This document shows, one piece after another, positions 15,438 through 29,738 of a stretch of 64,000 nucleotides of DNA (position 1 is the first letter of the stretch; every line of letters begins with the position of its first letter). Position numbers and translations under genes: made by a program. The notes beneath the pieces are model-generated. The model saw nothing but the letters and a program-made list of their open reading frames with translations. It was not told the origin of the DNA and searched no databases. The stretch lies in assembly GCF_009914755.1 (NCBI RefSeq), contig NC_060940.1. One strand, given 5' to 3'. The DNA comes from the human T2T-CHM13v2.0 reference genome, Homo sapiens.

Positions 15438-16409
15438 TTTATTGATGAAATTTTTTATTATTGATTGATTTTGAGACGGAGTCTCACTCTGGTTGAGGCG
15501 AGGCGAGGCGAGGCGCATCGCTTTGGAAGCCGCAGCGCTGCCTTCTAAAGCCCCATTCAAATGCACAAAGCCCTATTCCCTTCCTGGAGTTGGAGCTGAT
15601 GCCTTCCATTGCCTTGGGCTTCTCTCCATTCAGAAGATTTTACATGCGCAACCCCACCCAGAGGCTGGCTGCGGCTGAGGATTAGGGGGTGTGGTGGGGC
15701 TGGAAACTCGGTCCCCCATTGTTGCAAGCTCAGCCAAGACATCCCCCGACCCCCATCGCTTGCTCACCCTTTGAGATCCCCTACCTCCACTGCCTTGGAG
15801 GCTGAACTCTTACTTTAATTTCTGTCTTTCTTCCTTTCCTGCGTTTGAGGAGGGGGTGCAGGAATGAAGGTGTGTGTGGGGAGGGAGTGCGTGGTGGGGA
15901 CGGAGGGGAGCGTCCTAAGGGTCGATTTAGTGTCTTGCCTCTTTCACCGCCACCACCGAAGATGAAAGCAACAATCAGCTAAATACCGCATGTTCTCATC
16001 CCTAAGTGGGAACTTATAGATGAGAGTTCTGCATGGGCAGAACGAGGGGGACGAGAGACGCGGGAGCCTACTTGAGGGAGGAGGGGTGGAAGGACAGACA
16101 GCTTCAGGAGAAACCAAAACAAAACAAAACATGAAAACTGTCGAGTACTGCTCTGAGTGTCTGGGTGATGAAATCATCTGCACACTGAACCCCCGTCAGA
16201 AGTTTACCTATGTAACGATCTTGCACATGTATGTTTGAACAAGAAATGAAAGTTAGGGGAGAAAGAGAGAGAAAAGGAGAGAAAGAGGGAGAGAGGGAAA
16301 GAGAGAGAGAGAGAACTGAAACGAAACACCACCTCCTTGACCTGAGTCAAGGTGTTTCTGGCCTTTCGGGGGAACATTCAGCAACAATGCAGTACTTGGG
16401 CCTGTTCTT

Positions 16410-17276
16410 TTTTTTTCTTCTTTTCTTTTTTTTGGACTGAGTCTCTCTCGCTCTTTCACCCAGGCTGCGGTGCAGTGGCGCTCTCTCGGCTCACTGAAAC
16501 CTCTGCTTCCCGGGTTCCAGTGATTCTTCTTCGGTAGCTGGGATTACAGGCGCGCATGACGATAGCCGGCTAATTTTTCTATTTTTAGTAGAGACGGGGT
16601 TTCTCCATGTTGGCCACGTTGGTATTGTACTCCTGACCTCAAGTGATCCACTCTCCTGGGCCTCCAAGTGCTGGGACGACAGGCCTGAGCCGCGGGGATT
16701 TCAGCCTTTAAAAGCGCGGGCCCTGACACTTTTCGCTGCGACCCTTATGCTCAGAATGACGTGTCCTGTCTGCCATAGGTTGACTCGTTGAGTCCCCTAT
16801 GCCATTGCACTCTAGCCTGGGCAGCAAGAACGAAACTCCGTCCCCCCACCTTCCCGTGCAAATTAATAAATAAATAAAATCTCTACACATGACCTATAAG
16901 TGTGTGTTCCCATGAGTGATTTCTAAGAAATGGCACTGTACACTGAAGGCAGTGGCCCACGTCTGTCATCCCAGCACTTTGGGAGGCCGCGGTGGGTGGG
17001 TCACGAGGTCAGGAGTTCAAGACCAGCGTAGCCAACATGGTGAAACCGACTCAGTTTCGTATTTTCAATCTCTACTGAAAATACAAAACTGAGTCGGGAG
17101 CGGTGGGGCAGACACCTGTAATCCCAGCTACTCGGGAGGTTGAGGCAGGAGAATAGCTTGAACCTGGGAGGCAGAGGTTTCAGTGACCCGGGATGGCTCC
17201 ACTGCACTATAGCTTGGTCGACAGAGTGAGGCTTGGTCGACAGAGTGAGACTTGGTCTCCAAATAAATAAATGAAA

Positions 17277-17334
<58 letters not shown>

Positions 17335-17460
17335 GAAAAGAAAAGAAGAAAGGAAAAAAGAAAAGAAAAGAAAAAGAAAAAAAAGAAAAAAAAGAAAAGA
17401 AAAGAAAAGAAAAGAAAAGAAAAGAAAAGAAAAGACCAGAAAAGAAAGATAAAATGAAAG
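16410..17460. mobile_element. IGS Alus (16410-16695 -, 16948-17270 +) followed by a (GAAA)n/(GAAAA)n tail expansion
   Basis: Alu motifs. The second Alu has a 19-nt tandem duplication GCTTGGTCGACAGAGTGAG at 17212-17249. Confidence 0.82.
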
Positions 17461-17488
17461 AGAAGGCACTGTATCGCTACTGGGCTAG

Positions 17489-19103
<1,615 letters not shown>

Positions 19104-19352
19104 GACCCCCCGTGCCGGGGAGGGTCCTGCCCCTTCCACGAAAGTGAGAAGCGCCTGCTTAGAGAGGCCGAGAGGAATCTAGACAGATGAGACTTGCTAG
19201 GCTTCGCCACTCGGCGTATGATTTCGGGAGGTCGAGGCCGGGTCCCCACTTGGATGGAAGGGGCATTTTCAAGCTTTTCTCTCTGTTACGTGTGGCGTCC
19301 CTACTTCTCATATTTCCCTGATCAGCTCCTTGACTTAAAAATACACGGTTAA

Positions 19353-19665
<313 letters not shown>

Positions 19666-20944
19666 ACATACATACATACATACATTCTTTTCCCTGCTGA
19701 CTGACACTTGCAGGCATCGGTTGTCTTCGGGCATCACCTAGCGGTCACTGTTATTGAAAGTCGAGGTGACACGGGAGGGAGGTCTCGCCGACTTCACGGA
19801 GCCTGGGGCAACCGATTTCTCCCTCTCCCTTCTGGAGGCCCCTCCCTCTCTCCCTCGTTGCCTAGGGAACCTCCGCCCTGGCGGGGGCCCTATCGTTCTT
19901 TGATCAGCGCTTTAGTTTTCTTTGTGTGTTGGTTTCTTTCATGCGCATAGACTCTTCTACTTGGGTTTTAGGAGGGGTCAGTTTAATTTTCAAGTCGCCC
20001 CCCGGCTCCCCCCACTACCCACGTCCCTTTACCTTCGTTTAGTGAGTCAGTTAGGTGGGTTCCCCACAAACCCCCTACCCCCCGCCTCCCAACACCCTGC
20101 TTGAAAACCTTCCGGAGCCAACCCGGTGTGCCTCCGTCTTCTCTCCCCTTCCCCCACCCCTTGTCGGCGATCTCATTCTTGCCAGGCTGACATTTGCAAC
20201 GGTGGGCGTCAGGCCTTACTCAGTGGCCACCGTTTTTGAAGATGGGGGTGGCACGGTCCCACTTCCCCAGAGGCAGCTTGGGCCGATGGCATAGCCCTTG
20301 ACCCGCGTCGGCAAGCGGGCGGGTCTGCAGTTGTGGGTTTTTTACCCCGCTTCCTTCCTCAGGCCTCCCTCCCTAGGAAACCTTCACCCCGGCTGGGTTT
20401 CAATCACCTTTTATCATGATGTTTTAGTTTCTCCGCCCTCCGGCCAGCATAGTTTCACAATAGGAATGACGTCACAGCTCTAGTCTGGGCCTTCTTAGTA
20501 TTTGTCCAAAATAGAAACGCTTTCTGAAAACTAATACTTTGCTCACTTAAGATTTCCAGGGACAGTGCCTTGGCCCGTGTTTGTTGGCTTGTTTTGTTTC
20601 GTTCGTGTTTTTCCTTTTTCTTATGTATTTCTTTTTAGATGAAGTAGAAATCCCCAGTTTTCAGGAAGACGTATATTTTCCCCAAGACATGTAAGCTGCG
20701 GTTTTCTCCTGTTGTTTACTAACGATTTTGTGAATCTCTGAACGTATAGTGAGAGCCGGTTGATGTTTACTACTCTTCAGAACATCTTATGTTCTAGAAA
20801 TCCGTAAGTGAATGCTGCTGCTGCTCTTGCTGCTGCTGCTGCTCTTGTTGCTGTTGTTGTTGTTGTTTTCAAAGCACACCTCGGCCACCGTTTATGGGAT
20901 CAAAAGCGTTATAAAATATGTGTAATTATTTCCTGAGCACGCCC

Positions 20945-21299
20945 TTCCTCCTCCTCTCTCTGTCTCTCTTTCTCCGTCTTCTCTCTCTCTCTGTCTCTCT
21001 CTGCCTATTTCTCTCTCTCTCTGTCTGTCTCTCTCACTGTGTCTGTCTTCTGTCTTACTCCCTTTCTCTGCCTGTGTGTGTGTCTCTCTCTCCGCCTGTC
21101 TGTCTCTCTCTCTCTGTCTCTTTCTCTCTGTCTCTGTCTCTCTCTCTTTCTGTTTATCTCTGTCCGTCTCTGTCTTTCTCTGTCTGTCTCTCTGTCTCTC
21201 TCTCTTTCTTTCTCTCTGTCTCCCTGTCTCTGTGTGTCTCTCTCTCTGCCTGTCTCTCTCACTGTGTCTGTCTTCTGTCTTACTCTCTTTCTCTGCCGG

Positions 21300-21334
<35 letters not shown>

Positions 21335-21962
21335 TTGTTTCTCTCTGTCTCTCTCTGTCCATCTCTGTCTTTCTCTGTGTGTCTCTTTGTCTGCCTGTCT
21401 GTATTTCTGTTTCTCTGTCTCGCTGTCTCTGTCTCTCTCTCTGCCTGTCTGTCTGTAGGTCTCTCTCTCCCTGTGTGTCTGTTTTTTTTCTCTCTTTCTC
21501 TTTGCCTGTCTGTTTCTCTGTCTCTGTCTCTCTGTCTGTCTCTCTCTGCCTGTCTCTCTCTGTGTCTGTCTTCTGTCTTACTGTCTTTCTCTGCCTGTCT
21601 GTCTCTCTCTCTCCTTGTCTGTTTCTCTCTCTCTCTCTGTCTCTGTTTCTGTCTGTCTATCTCTGTCTCTTTCTCTCTCTGTCTCTTTCTCTCTGTCTGT
21701 CTCTCTCTCTGTCTCTCTCTTTCTCTCTGTCTGTCCATCTGTCTCTCTGTGTGTGTGTGTGTGTCTGCCTTCTGTCTTACTCTCTTTCTCTGACTGTCTG
21801 CCTGTCTGTCTCTGTCTGTCTCTCTTTCTGTTTCTCTCTGTCTCTGTCCATCTCTGTCTTTCTCTGTCTGTGTCTTTATCTGTCTGTCTCTCTCTCTCTT
21901 TCTGTCTTTCTCTCTTTGTGTATCTTTGTGTCTCTCTGTCTGTCTCTCTCTGTCTCTGTCTT

Positions 21963-21996
<34 letters not shown>

Positions 21997-22036
21997 CTTC
22001 TCTCTGGCTCTCGCTATCTCCCACCCTCTCTTTCTT
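20945..22036. repeat. IGS CT/TG-rich low-complexity tract 2
   Basis: Same unit structure as tract 1. Confidence 0.92.
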
Positions 22037-23329
22037 TGCAAAATAAGTTCAAGTACGTCTAATCTAATCCATTACCACGGCCTGAATTCTTAACTTTAGA
22101 CATCCCAGATTTGATCTCCCTACAGAATGCTGTACAGAACTGGCGAGTTGATTTCTGGACTTGGATTCCTCATAGATACTACATATTAATAAAGATCCAA
22201 CCCTAAAATCTGGGGTTGCGTCTCCCTCGACTGTCTCAAAAAATCATACCTCTGTTCACCTAGGATGCTGGGAAGGTTTTCTCAATGTGCATCTGCTCGT
22301 GTCCTACATGAACTGTGACCGAGCCCTGTCCGTTCTGTCTCAAATATGTATCTGCAAACACGTCTCTCCATTTCCACAACTACCCATGGCCCATTGTGGA
22401 ACCATTGGCTCTTTGAAAAAAAATCCCAGAAGTGGCTTTGACTTTTTGGCTAGGAGGCCTAAATCTGCTGAGAACTTTCCTGCCCAGGATTCTGTGTGAA
22501 CAAAATTGCCTCTGCTGGGAGCTGGGATCCTCGGGACCATGCTTGCTAGCGCTGGATGAATCTCTGGAAGGACGCACGGAACTCCGCAAAGCTGACCTGT
22601 CCCACCGAGGTCAAATGGATACCTCTGATTTGGTCCGAGGCTTCCAACTTACATCACCATCACCAACCGTCGCCATCAGGATCCTTGTGAACCTGCCCAA
22701 GGCCCCGACTCCGGGGAGACTCTTGGGAGCCCAGTCTTCGTCGGCTAAAGTACAAAGGGTTGGCAACTTCCACCCACAAGGTCCCCACTGAACTGCTAAG
22801 ATGTGGAGCGTAGGTCAGAGAGGGGACCAGGAGGGGAGACGTCCTGACAGGCGATGAGTTAACTAGGCTCTGGCCACTCTACTCATGTCCCACGTCCCGG
22901 GCACCCATGGGACACCGCCGCTTTATCCCCTTCTCTGTCCACAGCCGCCCCCACCCCACCCCGCAACCCATGCACACACGCTGGAGGTTACAAAACCAGA
23001 CGGTGTGAATAGAGCCTGATGGAGCGAGAGCTCATTTCACGAGGCAGGGGGTGGGGTGGGGTGGGGGTTGGGGTGTCTGTAGAGAGCCGGATTCTCCCTC
23101 GTGGGTGGCTACAGGATACAAATGAATATGGCTTCTTGGGCAGAGGGGCTTCCTTAGGCCATCACGTTTGCAAGACTATCTCTCAAAACCTCCCTTGAGG
23201 CCACAAAATAGATTCCACCCCACCCCTCGACGTTTCCCCGGATGCCGGATGTATCCTGTCAAGAGACCTGAGCCTGACACGTTGAGTGAAACAACTTTAT
23301 TGGCTTCGTGTGTTTGTTTCTGAGATTGA

Positions 23330-23473
<144 letters not shown>

Positions 23474-23547
23474 TGACCCTGTTTCATTGGTTTTCACTGG
23501 AGATTCTAGATTCAAGTCACACCTCATTGTGTGCCACATAATGACTT

Positions 23548-24265
23548 CTTTTTTTTTCTTTTTTTTTTTAAGCACAATATATCTGCTTTATTTGAGTGGC
23601 TTTATATATCGTTATAATTGTGTTATAGATGAAGAAAAGATATTAACACAGTGCTAATGATAGTGAAAGTGAAAAACAAAAGAAAGGCTATCTATTTTGT
23701 AGTTAGAATAAAGTTGCTCAGTATTTAGAGTTTCCTAAATACGTCAGCATTTAAACTCCTCCTAGTAAAAGCTTGCCAATCTCAATAATCCTCCTTTAAA
23801 CACAATTTTTGATATGGTTAAGGTTTTTAAGAATGCAACTCCTGCAGAATAGCTGAACAGACAATACACATTTAAAAAAGAACAACACAAGGATCAACCA
23901 GACTTGGGAAAAAATCAAAAACAACACAAGTCTTATGAAAAACTGAGTTCTTAAAATATTACGGAGAACATAGCTATCGGAAGAGAAGGCAGTATTGGTA
24001 AGTTGATTGTTACATTTTTCAGCAAAAGCTAGCACTATTTTTTTTGGCAATCTTTCAGGCACTGCAACTACTACTGCAAAATGAGATATAATCCATTAAA
24101 CAACATATTCACAAATCAAAAAATGTTTTAGTAATATAATGCTTCAGATTTAAAAGCAAATCAAGTGTTAAAACTCAACTGCTATAATAATTAACCCCAA
24201 AGATAACCGTATCTGACAAAAAAGCTTCCACAGTTATGACTTCAGAATTATACTTTCTCTTGATA
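23548..24265 (-). pseudogene. Non-coding 3' tail of the IGS-resident CDC27 retrocopy; coding part deleted
   Basis: PolyT at 23548-23569 with AATAAA on minus at ~23587-23592; AT-rich. Position and sequence match my recollection of the IGS just 3' of the CDC27 pseudogene. No CDC27 peptide is visible here. Confidence 0.6.
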
Positions 24266-24296
<31 letters not shown>

Positions 24297-24383
24297 TCTT
24301 GAGACGGCGTCTCGCTCTGTCGCCCAGGCTGGTGTGCAATGGCATAATCTTGGCTCACTGCAACCTCCACTTCCTGGGTTCAA
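24266..24383 (-). mobile_element. Alu 3' fragment truncated by a deletion
   Basis: (TTTA)n tail and right arm up to CCTGGGTTCAA, then an abrupt switch to non-Alu sequence. Confidence 0.88.
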
Positions 24384-25743
24384 TGACTGTGGCTCGCGCC
24401 TCTCTGGAAACATTGGAAATCTCTCTTCTACGCGCGGCCAACTGAAACCACAGGAGCTCGGAACACAAGCCACCATCCACCTCACTGCTTTCGGGAGAGA
24501 ATGATGAGTCTCTTACCGACTCTCTCTTGAGAGAGTCCTCCGCGGTGGGGACCGAGGGCGGCTCGTCACCTACTGTGTGGCCCGCGCCTCCCCCTTCCGA
24601 GTCGGGGGAGGATCCCGCCGGGCCGGGCCGGCGTCCTAGCGGTTGGGAGGCTGCGCGAGCGGTGGCTGTGCCAGGCGTTCCGTCCGGCGCGTGACCCGCT
24701 CCGCTGCGAGCCGGCTCTCCACCCGCTCCCCTGAGGAGCAGCGACCGGTGCCGACAACCGCGTTTGCGTGGCACGGGGTTGGGATGCCTGGCCATGGGAA
24801 GCATCCCAAGTGGGGGGCGCGCCGGTCTCCCGGAGCTTGACAGTGTCGGAGGATGGACAAGAAACCAGCAACGTGGCCCTGGCGTTGGGTTTGTGGCTGA
24901 GGTCGCTTCGGGGTCCCGATGGCGGGACCCAGGCTCGTGAGGCGGGTCTCGGTGGGTGCCAGGGGCCGTCCTGCTTCCTAGGCGGGGCGCCGCGGGACCT
25001 CCCTCGTATCTGTGGCGGTGGGATCCCGTGGCCGTGTTTTCCTGGTGGCCCGGCTTTGCCTGAGGTTTCTTCCCGAGCCGCCCCTCTGCGGGCTCCCGGG
25101 TGCCCTTGCCCTTGCGGTCCCTGGCCTTGCCTGTCTGTGCCCCCCTCCCCGCCCGCGTATCCTCTCTCCCCGAGCGGCTCACCAGCTTAGGCTGTGGTGG
25201 CCCCCTCTGGGACCAAACCCGGCTCCGCCTTGTGTGGCGCTGCCACGGGCCACTGGTTGGCCGGTTGTCCCTGTCCCCGGGCGCGCGCCTTCCGGACCAG
25301 GTCGGCGGCGCTCCGCATGGGCCTGGTGAGAGCCCGGAGGGTATGGGGTCGGCGTGCAGCGCGCGCAGGGAAGAGGGTTCCGGGGGCTGGCCGCGATGGC
25401 GGAGGCGGTGGGGGAGCCGCGGGGCCGCCTTCATGCTTGGAGGCCGCTGGCGGTGAGATCCCGGGCACCGCGGTCCGCCTCTGGTTCGCTGCCCAAACGT
25501 CTGGGCTGCCCCGCGCCCGCCACGCCCGAGTGGCCGCCGGTCCCTCGCAGCTGCCGTGCACGGGTCGGGCGGTCTGCCTGTTCGCACGTGGGCGCGAAGG
25601 TTCGGGAGTGGTGAGCCCATCGGGGGGTGTTCTGTAGTGTGGGTGTATGGGATGTCCGGTTCGCCGCCCCACCACCCCCCTCCCACCGCCCCGCGCTGCT
25701 CCCTCCCTCCCACAAGCCGGGTCGCCCGCCCTGCCGCGCCCAT
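24355..25743 (-). ncRNA. LINC00273: Likely LINC00273 region: antisense to the 5'ETS, contains a 462-codon ORF with no recognisable homolog
   Basis: ORF is seen in the sequence. Symbol inferred from recalled strand, ~1.4-kb size and position ~3-4 kb from the 5.8S pseudogene. Transcription cannot be seen from sequence. Confidence 0.6.
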
Positions 25744-25799
25744 CCTCGCGACTGGGACGCCGGGCTCATCCTCGCGAGGCCTGGAGGCCGCTTTCTACC
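24531..25799 (+). other. Partial 45S 5' external transcribed spacer (from about the A0 region to 18S), with a further internal deletion near 25460
   Basis: GGCGGCTCGTCACCTACTGTG..GGATCCCGCCGGGCC and downstream GC-rich ETS motifs. Only ~1.27 kb versus ~3.6 kb canonical. Confidence 0.88.
24955..25069 (+). ncRNA. mir-663-family hairpin-homologous segment of the 5'ETS
   Basis: AGGCGGGGCGCCGCGGGACCTC (24980-25001) is 21/22 to miR-663a and GGTGGCCCGGCTTTGCCTGAGG (25044-25065) is 20/22 to miR-663b, by recalled mature sequences. Expression unknown. Confidence 0.6.
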
Positions 25800-27664
25800 T
25801 ACTTGGTTGATCCTACCAGTACCATATGCTTGTCTCAAAGATTATGCCATACATGTCTAAGTAGGCAGGGCCGGTACAGTGAAACTGCGAATGGCTCATT
25901 AAATCAGTTATGGTTCTTTTGGTCGCTCGCTCCTCTCCTACTTGGAAAACTGTGGTAATTCTAGAGCTAATGCATGCCGAAGGGTGCTGACCCCCTTCGC
26001 GGGGAAGATGCCTGCATTTATCAGATCAAAACCAACCCGGTCAGCCCCTCTCCGGCCCCTGCCTAGGGGTCGAGTGCCACCGGCTTTGGTGACTCTAGAT
26101 AGCCTCGGGCCAATCGCATGCCCCCCTGTGGCAGCAACGACCCATTCGAACGTCTGCCCTATCAACTTTCGATGGTAGTCGCTGTGCCTACCAAGGTGAC
26201 CACGGGTGAAGGAGAATCAGGGTTCGATTCTGGAGAGGGAGCCTGAGAAATGGCTACCACATTCAAGGAAGGCAGCAGGCATGCAAATTACCCACTCCTG
26301 ACTCGAGGAGGTAGTGATGAAACATAACAATACAGGACTCTTTCGAGGTCCTGTAATTGGAATGAGTCCACTTTAAATCCTTTAACGAAGATCCATTGGA
26401 GGGCAAGTTTAGTGCCAGCAGCCGCGGTAATTCCAGCTCCAATAGCGTATATTAAAGTTGCTGCAGTTAAAAAGCTCCTAGTTGGATCTTGGGAGCGGGC
26501 GGGCAGTCCGCCATGAGGCGAGCCACTGCCCGTCCCCGCCCCTTGCCTCTTGGCGCCCCCTCGATGCTCTTAGCTGAGTGTTCCGCGGCCCAAAGCGTTT
26601 ACTTTGAAAAAATTAGAGTGTTCAAAGCAGGTCCAAGCCGCCTGGATACCGCAGCTAGGAATAATGGAATAGGACCGCGGTTCTATTTTGTTGGTTTATG
26701 GAACTGAGGCCATGATTAAGAGGGACAGCTGGGGGCATTTGTATTGCACCGCTAGAGGTGAAATTCTTGGACCGGCGCAGTTTGGACCAGAGTGAAAGCA
26801 TTTGCCAAGAATGTTTTCATTAATCAAGAATGAAAGTCGGAGGTTCGAAGACGATCAGATACCGTGGTAGTTCTGACCATAAACGATGCCGACTGGCAAC
26901 GTGGCGGTGTTATTCCCATGACCCGCTGGGCAGCTTCCAAGAAACCAAAGTCTTTGGGTTTTTAGGTTCCGGGGGGAGTACGGTTGCAAAGCTGAAACTT
27001 AAAGGAATTGGTGGAAGGGCACCACCAGGAGTGGAGCCTGCGGCTTAATTTGACTCAACATGGGAAAAATCCCCCGGGCCGGACAGGGACAGGATTGACA
27101 GATTGATAGCTGTTTCTCTGTTCCATGGGTGGTGGTGCATGGCCTTAGTTGGTGGAGTGATTTGTCTGGTTAATTCCAATAACCAACGAGACTCTGGCAT
27201 GCTAACTAGTTACGTGACCCCCGAGCGGTCGGCGTCCCCCAACTTCTTAGAGGGACAAGTGGCCTTCAGCCACCCGAAATTGAGCAATAACAGATCTGTG
27301 ATGCCCTTAGATGTCCGGGACTGCACGCGCGCTACACTGACTGGCTCAGCGTGTGCCTACCCTACGTGGCAGAGGCGGGTAACCTGTTGAACCTCATTCG
27401 TGATGGGGATGGGGGATTGCAATTATTCCCCATGAAGGAGGAATTTCCAGTAAGTGCGGGTCATAAGCTTGCCTGAAGTCCCTGCCCTATGTACACACTG
27501 CCCGCCTCTACTACTGATAGGATGGTTTAGTGAGGCCCTCTGATCAGCCCCGCCGGGTCAGCCCACTGCCCTGGTGGAACGCTGAGAAGACAGTCGAACT
27601 TGACTATCTAGAGGAAGTAAAATTCGTAACAGTTTCGGTAGGTGAACCTGTGGAGGGATCATTA
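25800..27664 (+). rRNA. 18S rRNA pseudogene, full length, decayed
   Basis: TACTTGGTTGATCCTACCAG start; GTGCCAGCAGCCGCGGTAA; ends GGATCATTA. Many CpG transitions and indels in conserved motifs. Confidence 0.97.
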
Positions 27665-28728
27665 ACGGAGAAGAGCCTCGAAGCCGCGGCGGCGAAGCCA
27701 CGGCGGCGCCGCCGCGTCCTTCCTCCTTGGCAGACCCTGTTCCCCGTGTGGCGCGTGCGCGGGCGGGGTCGTGCCCTTTGTTTGTTGCATGGCCCCGCCT
27801 GCCCTGAGAGCCGGAGAACTCGGGAGGGAGAGGGGGGGAGAGAGAGACACGCGTGCGGGGACGAAACCTTGTGTTCGTGTCGTGGGGCAGGCTGGATGGC
27901 TCGCCAGCCTGGTGAGTATCGGGGAGCGCCCCCCTGCCGTGGCCCCTACATGTGAGTCGGCGGGCGCGGGGATGGTTCTCGGCGTCATGGCGGGGTGGGG
28001 GTCTCGGTGCCCTCCCTGCCGGAGCCGTCGTCCCGCCCTGTCCCACCAGCTCGGCCCCATCCCGCCGGCTCCCGTTGGGGCCGGCCGGGTTCCCATTGCT
28101 GCCGCTGCCGCCATCCTTGCCTCTGCCACACCGCGCCACCGGGCCCGGCCTGGCCCGCTTGCTCTCTCCAGCCTTCCCGCTAGGGCGTCTCGAGGGTAGG
28201 GGGCCGGACGCCTGTCGCCCCCTCCTCGTCCGCCCCCGCCGTCCAGGTACCTAGCGCGTTCTGGCGCGGAGGTTTAAGGACCCCTTGGGGGGTTGTCCGT
28301 CCGCCCATGGGTCGGGTGCGGTGGGCCCGCGGGGGAGTCCGTTCGGGAGGGGCCCGCCCCTCCCTCGCCTCCCCCGCCGACTCCATCCCCTCGGCCAGCC
28401 GGGGCCGCGCCTCACTTTCAAGTCGCCGCTGACGCTGGTGGGGGCTTTACCGGCGGCCGTCGTGCCATCGCGCGCCTGCCGCGCGTATGGCCTGTGCACC
28501 GTGCTGTGGGGGCGGGAATCCCCGGGCGCCCGTGGGGTGCTGTCAGTGTTCGCCCTCCGCCCCCGTGGTCGACACCGCCTCCCTGTGTTGTGAAACCTTC
28601 CTACCCCTCTCTGGAGTCTGGTCTCGTTGCTGTCTGACTGGCGGGCCTGAGGGAAACCCTCTGGCGGACGTGCTGTGCCAGGAGGGCCTCCTGGTGTTGG
28701 GAGCGCCCTTGCCAAATCCACCTTGTAT
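27665..28728 (+). other. ITS1 (diverged)
   Basis: GC-rich spacer of ~1.06 kb between the 18S end and the 5.8S start. Confidence 0.92.
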
Positions 28729-28883
28729 GACTTTTAGCGGTGGATCACTGGGCTTCTGTGTCGATGAAGAACGCAGCTAGCTGTGAGAACTAATGTGAAT
28801 TGCAGGACAGATTGATCATCGACACTTCGAACGCAATTGCAGCCCGGGTTCCTCCCAGGGCTTTGCCTGTCTGAGCGTCGCTT
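28729..28883 (+). rRNA. RNA5-8SP2: 5.8S rRNA pseudogene
   Basis: GACTTTTAGCGGTGGATCACT..GATGAAGAACGCAGC..GCCTGTCTGAGCGTCGCTT with substitutions. Contains the recalled miR-1826 27-mer exactly at 28811-28837. Confidence 0.93.
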
Positions 28884-29738
28884 GCCGATCAGTAGTCCCC
28901 GGGGGTGCCTCCGGGCTCCTCGGGGTGCATGGCTGGGGGTTCCCTGACGTGGCCTGCCGGGGCCCTCCGTCCCCCCAAGTGCAGACCGGCGACGTCCGCC
29001 CTCCTCTGCCGCCGTGCCCGCCCCTTCTCCCTCCCCCCGCAGGCCCTGTGTGGTCACGCATTGGGTGGCATGGGGAAGGGGGACTCCCGGCTGTGAGGAA
29101 GAGAGAGAGGGCGGCACCGCCACCCGCGAAAACAGAGAGGGAAGAGAGCCGGCTGGGGCCGAGTTCCCGTGGCCACCACCGCGGTCCAGATTCCTCCCTC
29201 GGAGGCTCCCTCGCGCCTCACGCAGCTCGTGGTGCGGGGTTCGTTGGCCCTGGCGGGGTGGAAGGTCCCGTGCCGTCGTTGTCGATCGTCGTGGGTAGTG
29301 GGGGCTTGTTGCCGGGGGGAGGAAGGCAAGTAGGAAGGATCCGCCAGGGAGAGGGTGGGGGAGCCCGTCCCGGTCGCCGCGGTTCGCCGCCGCCCCTGGT
29401 GGCGGTCCGGCGACCGGCCCACCATCGCTCCAGCGCCCCTCCTCCCCAACACCCCTCCGAGGCACAGTCCTCCTAGCCCGCCCGCCCCCCGCCTACCCGG
29501 CGCGCGTCGCGGTTGTGTCTGGGGCCGGAAGCCCGCCACGCGGCCCGTCTGGCAGCGCTAGTGGCCGCGGTCCTGGGGTTCACGTGCCCCTGGCGGTGAC
29601 TCGCTGGATGCTGCAGTGTCGTCCGCCATCGCGCGCCCGCCTCCGACTCTCGGCCGCGCGGTGCCTGGGGCCCGGTCTGTAGCTTCCACGTCGGGGAAGG
29701 GCGTCGCCGCCGCTTCCTCGGACCCGTCCCCCACCTCC
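28884..29738 (+). other. ITS2, truncated before 28S
   Basis: GC-rich spacer ends abruptly at ..GTCCCCCACCTCC followed by AT-rich DNA. The 28S start motif CGACCTCAGATCAG was not seen. Confidence 0.9.

Noticed and set aside
17212-17249. Duplicated GGTCGAC as Pol I terminator Sal boxes
   Set aside because: Lies in an Alu 3' end (GGGCGACAGAG variant) and does not match GGGTCGACCAG.
25800-29738. Functional rRNA transcription unit
   Set aside because: No Pol I promoter, no 28S, and lesions in conserved 18S motifs.
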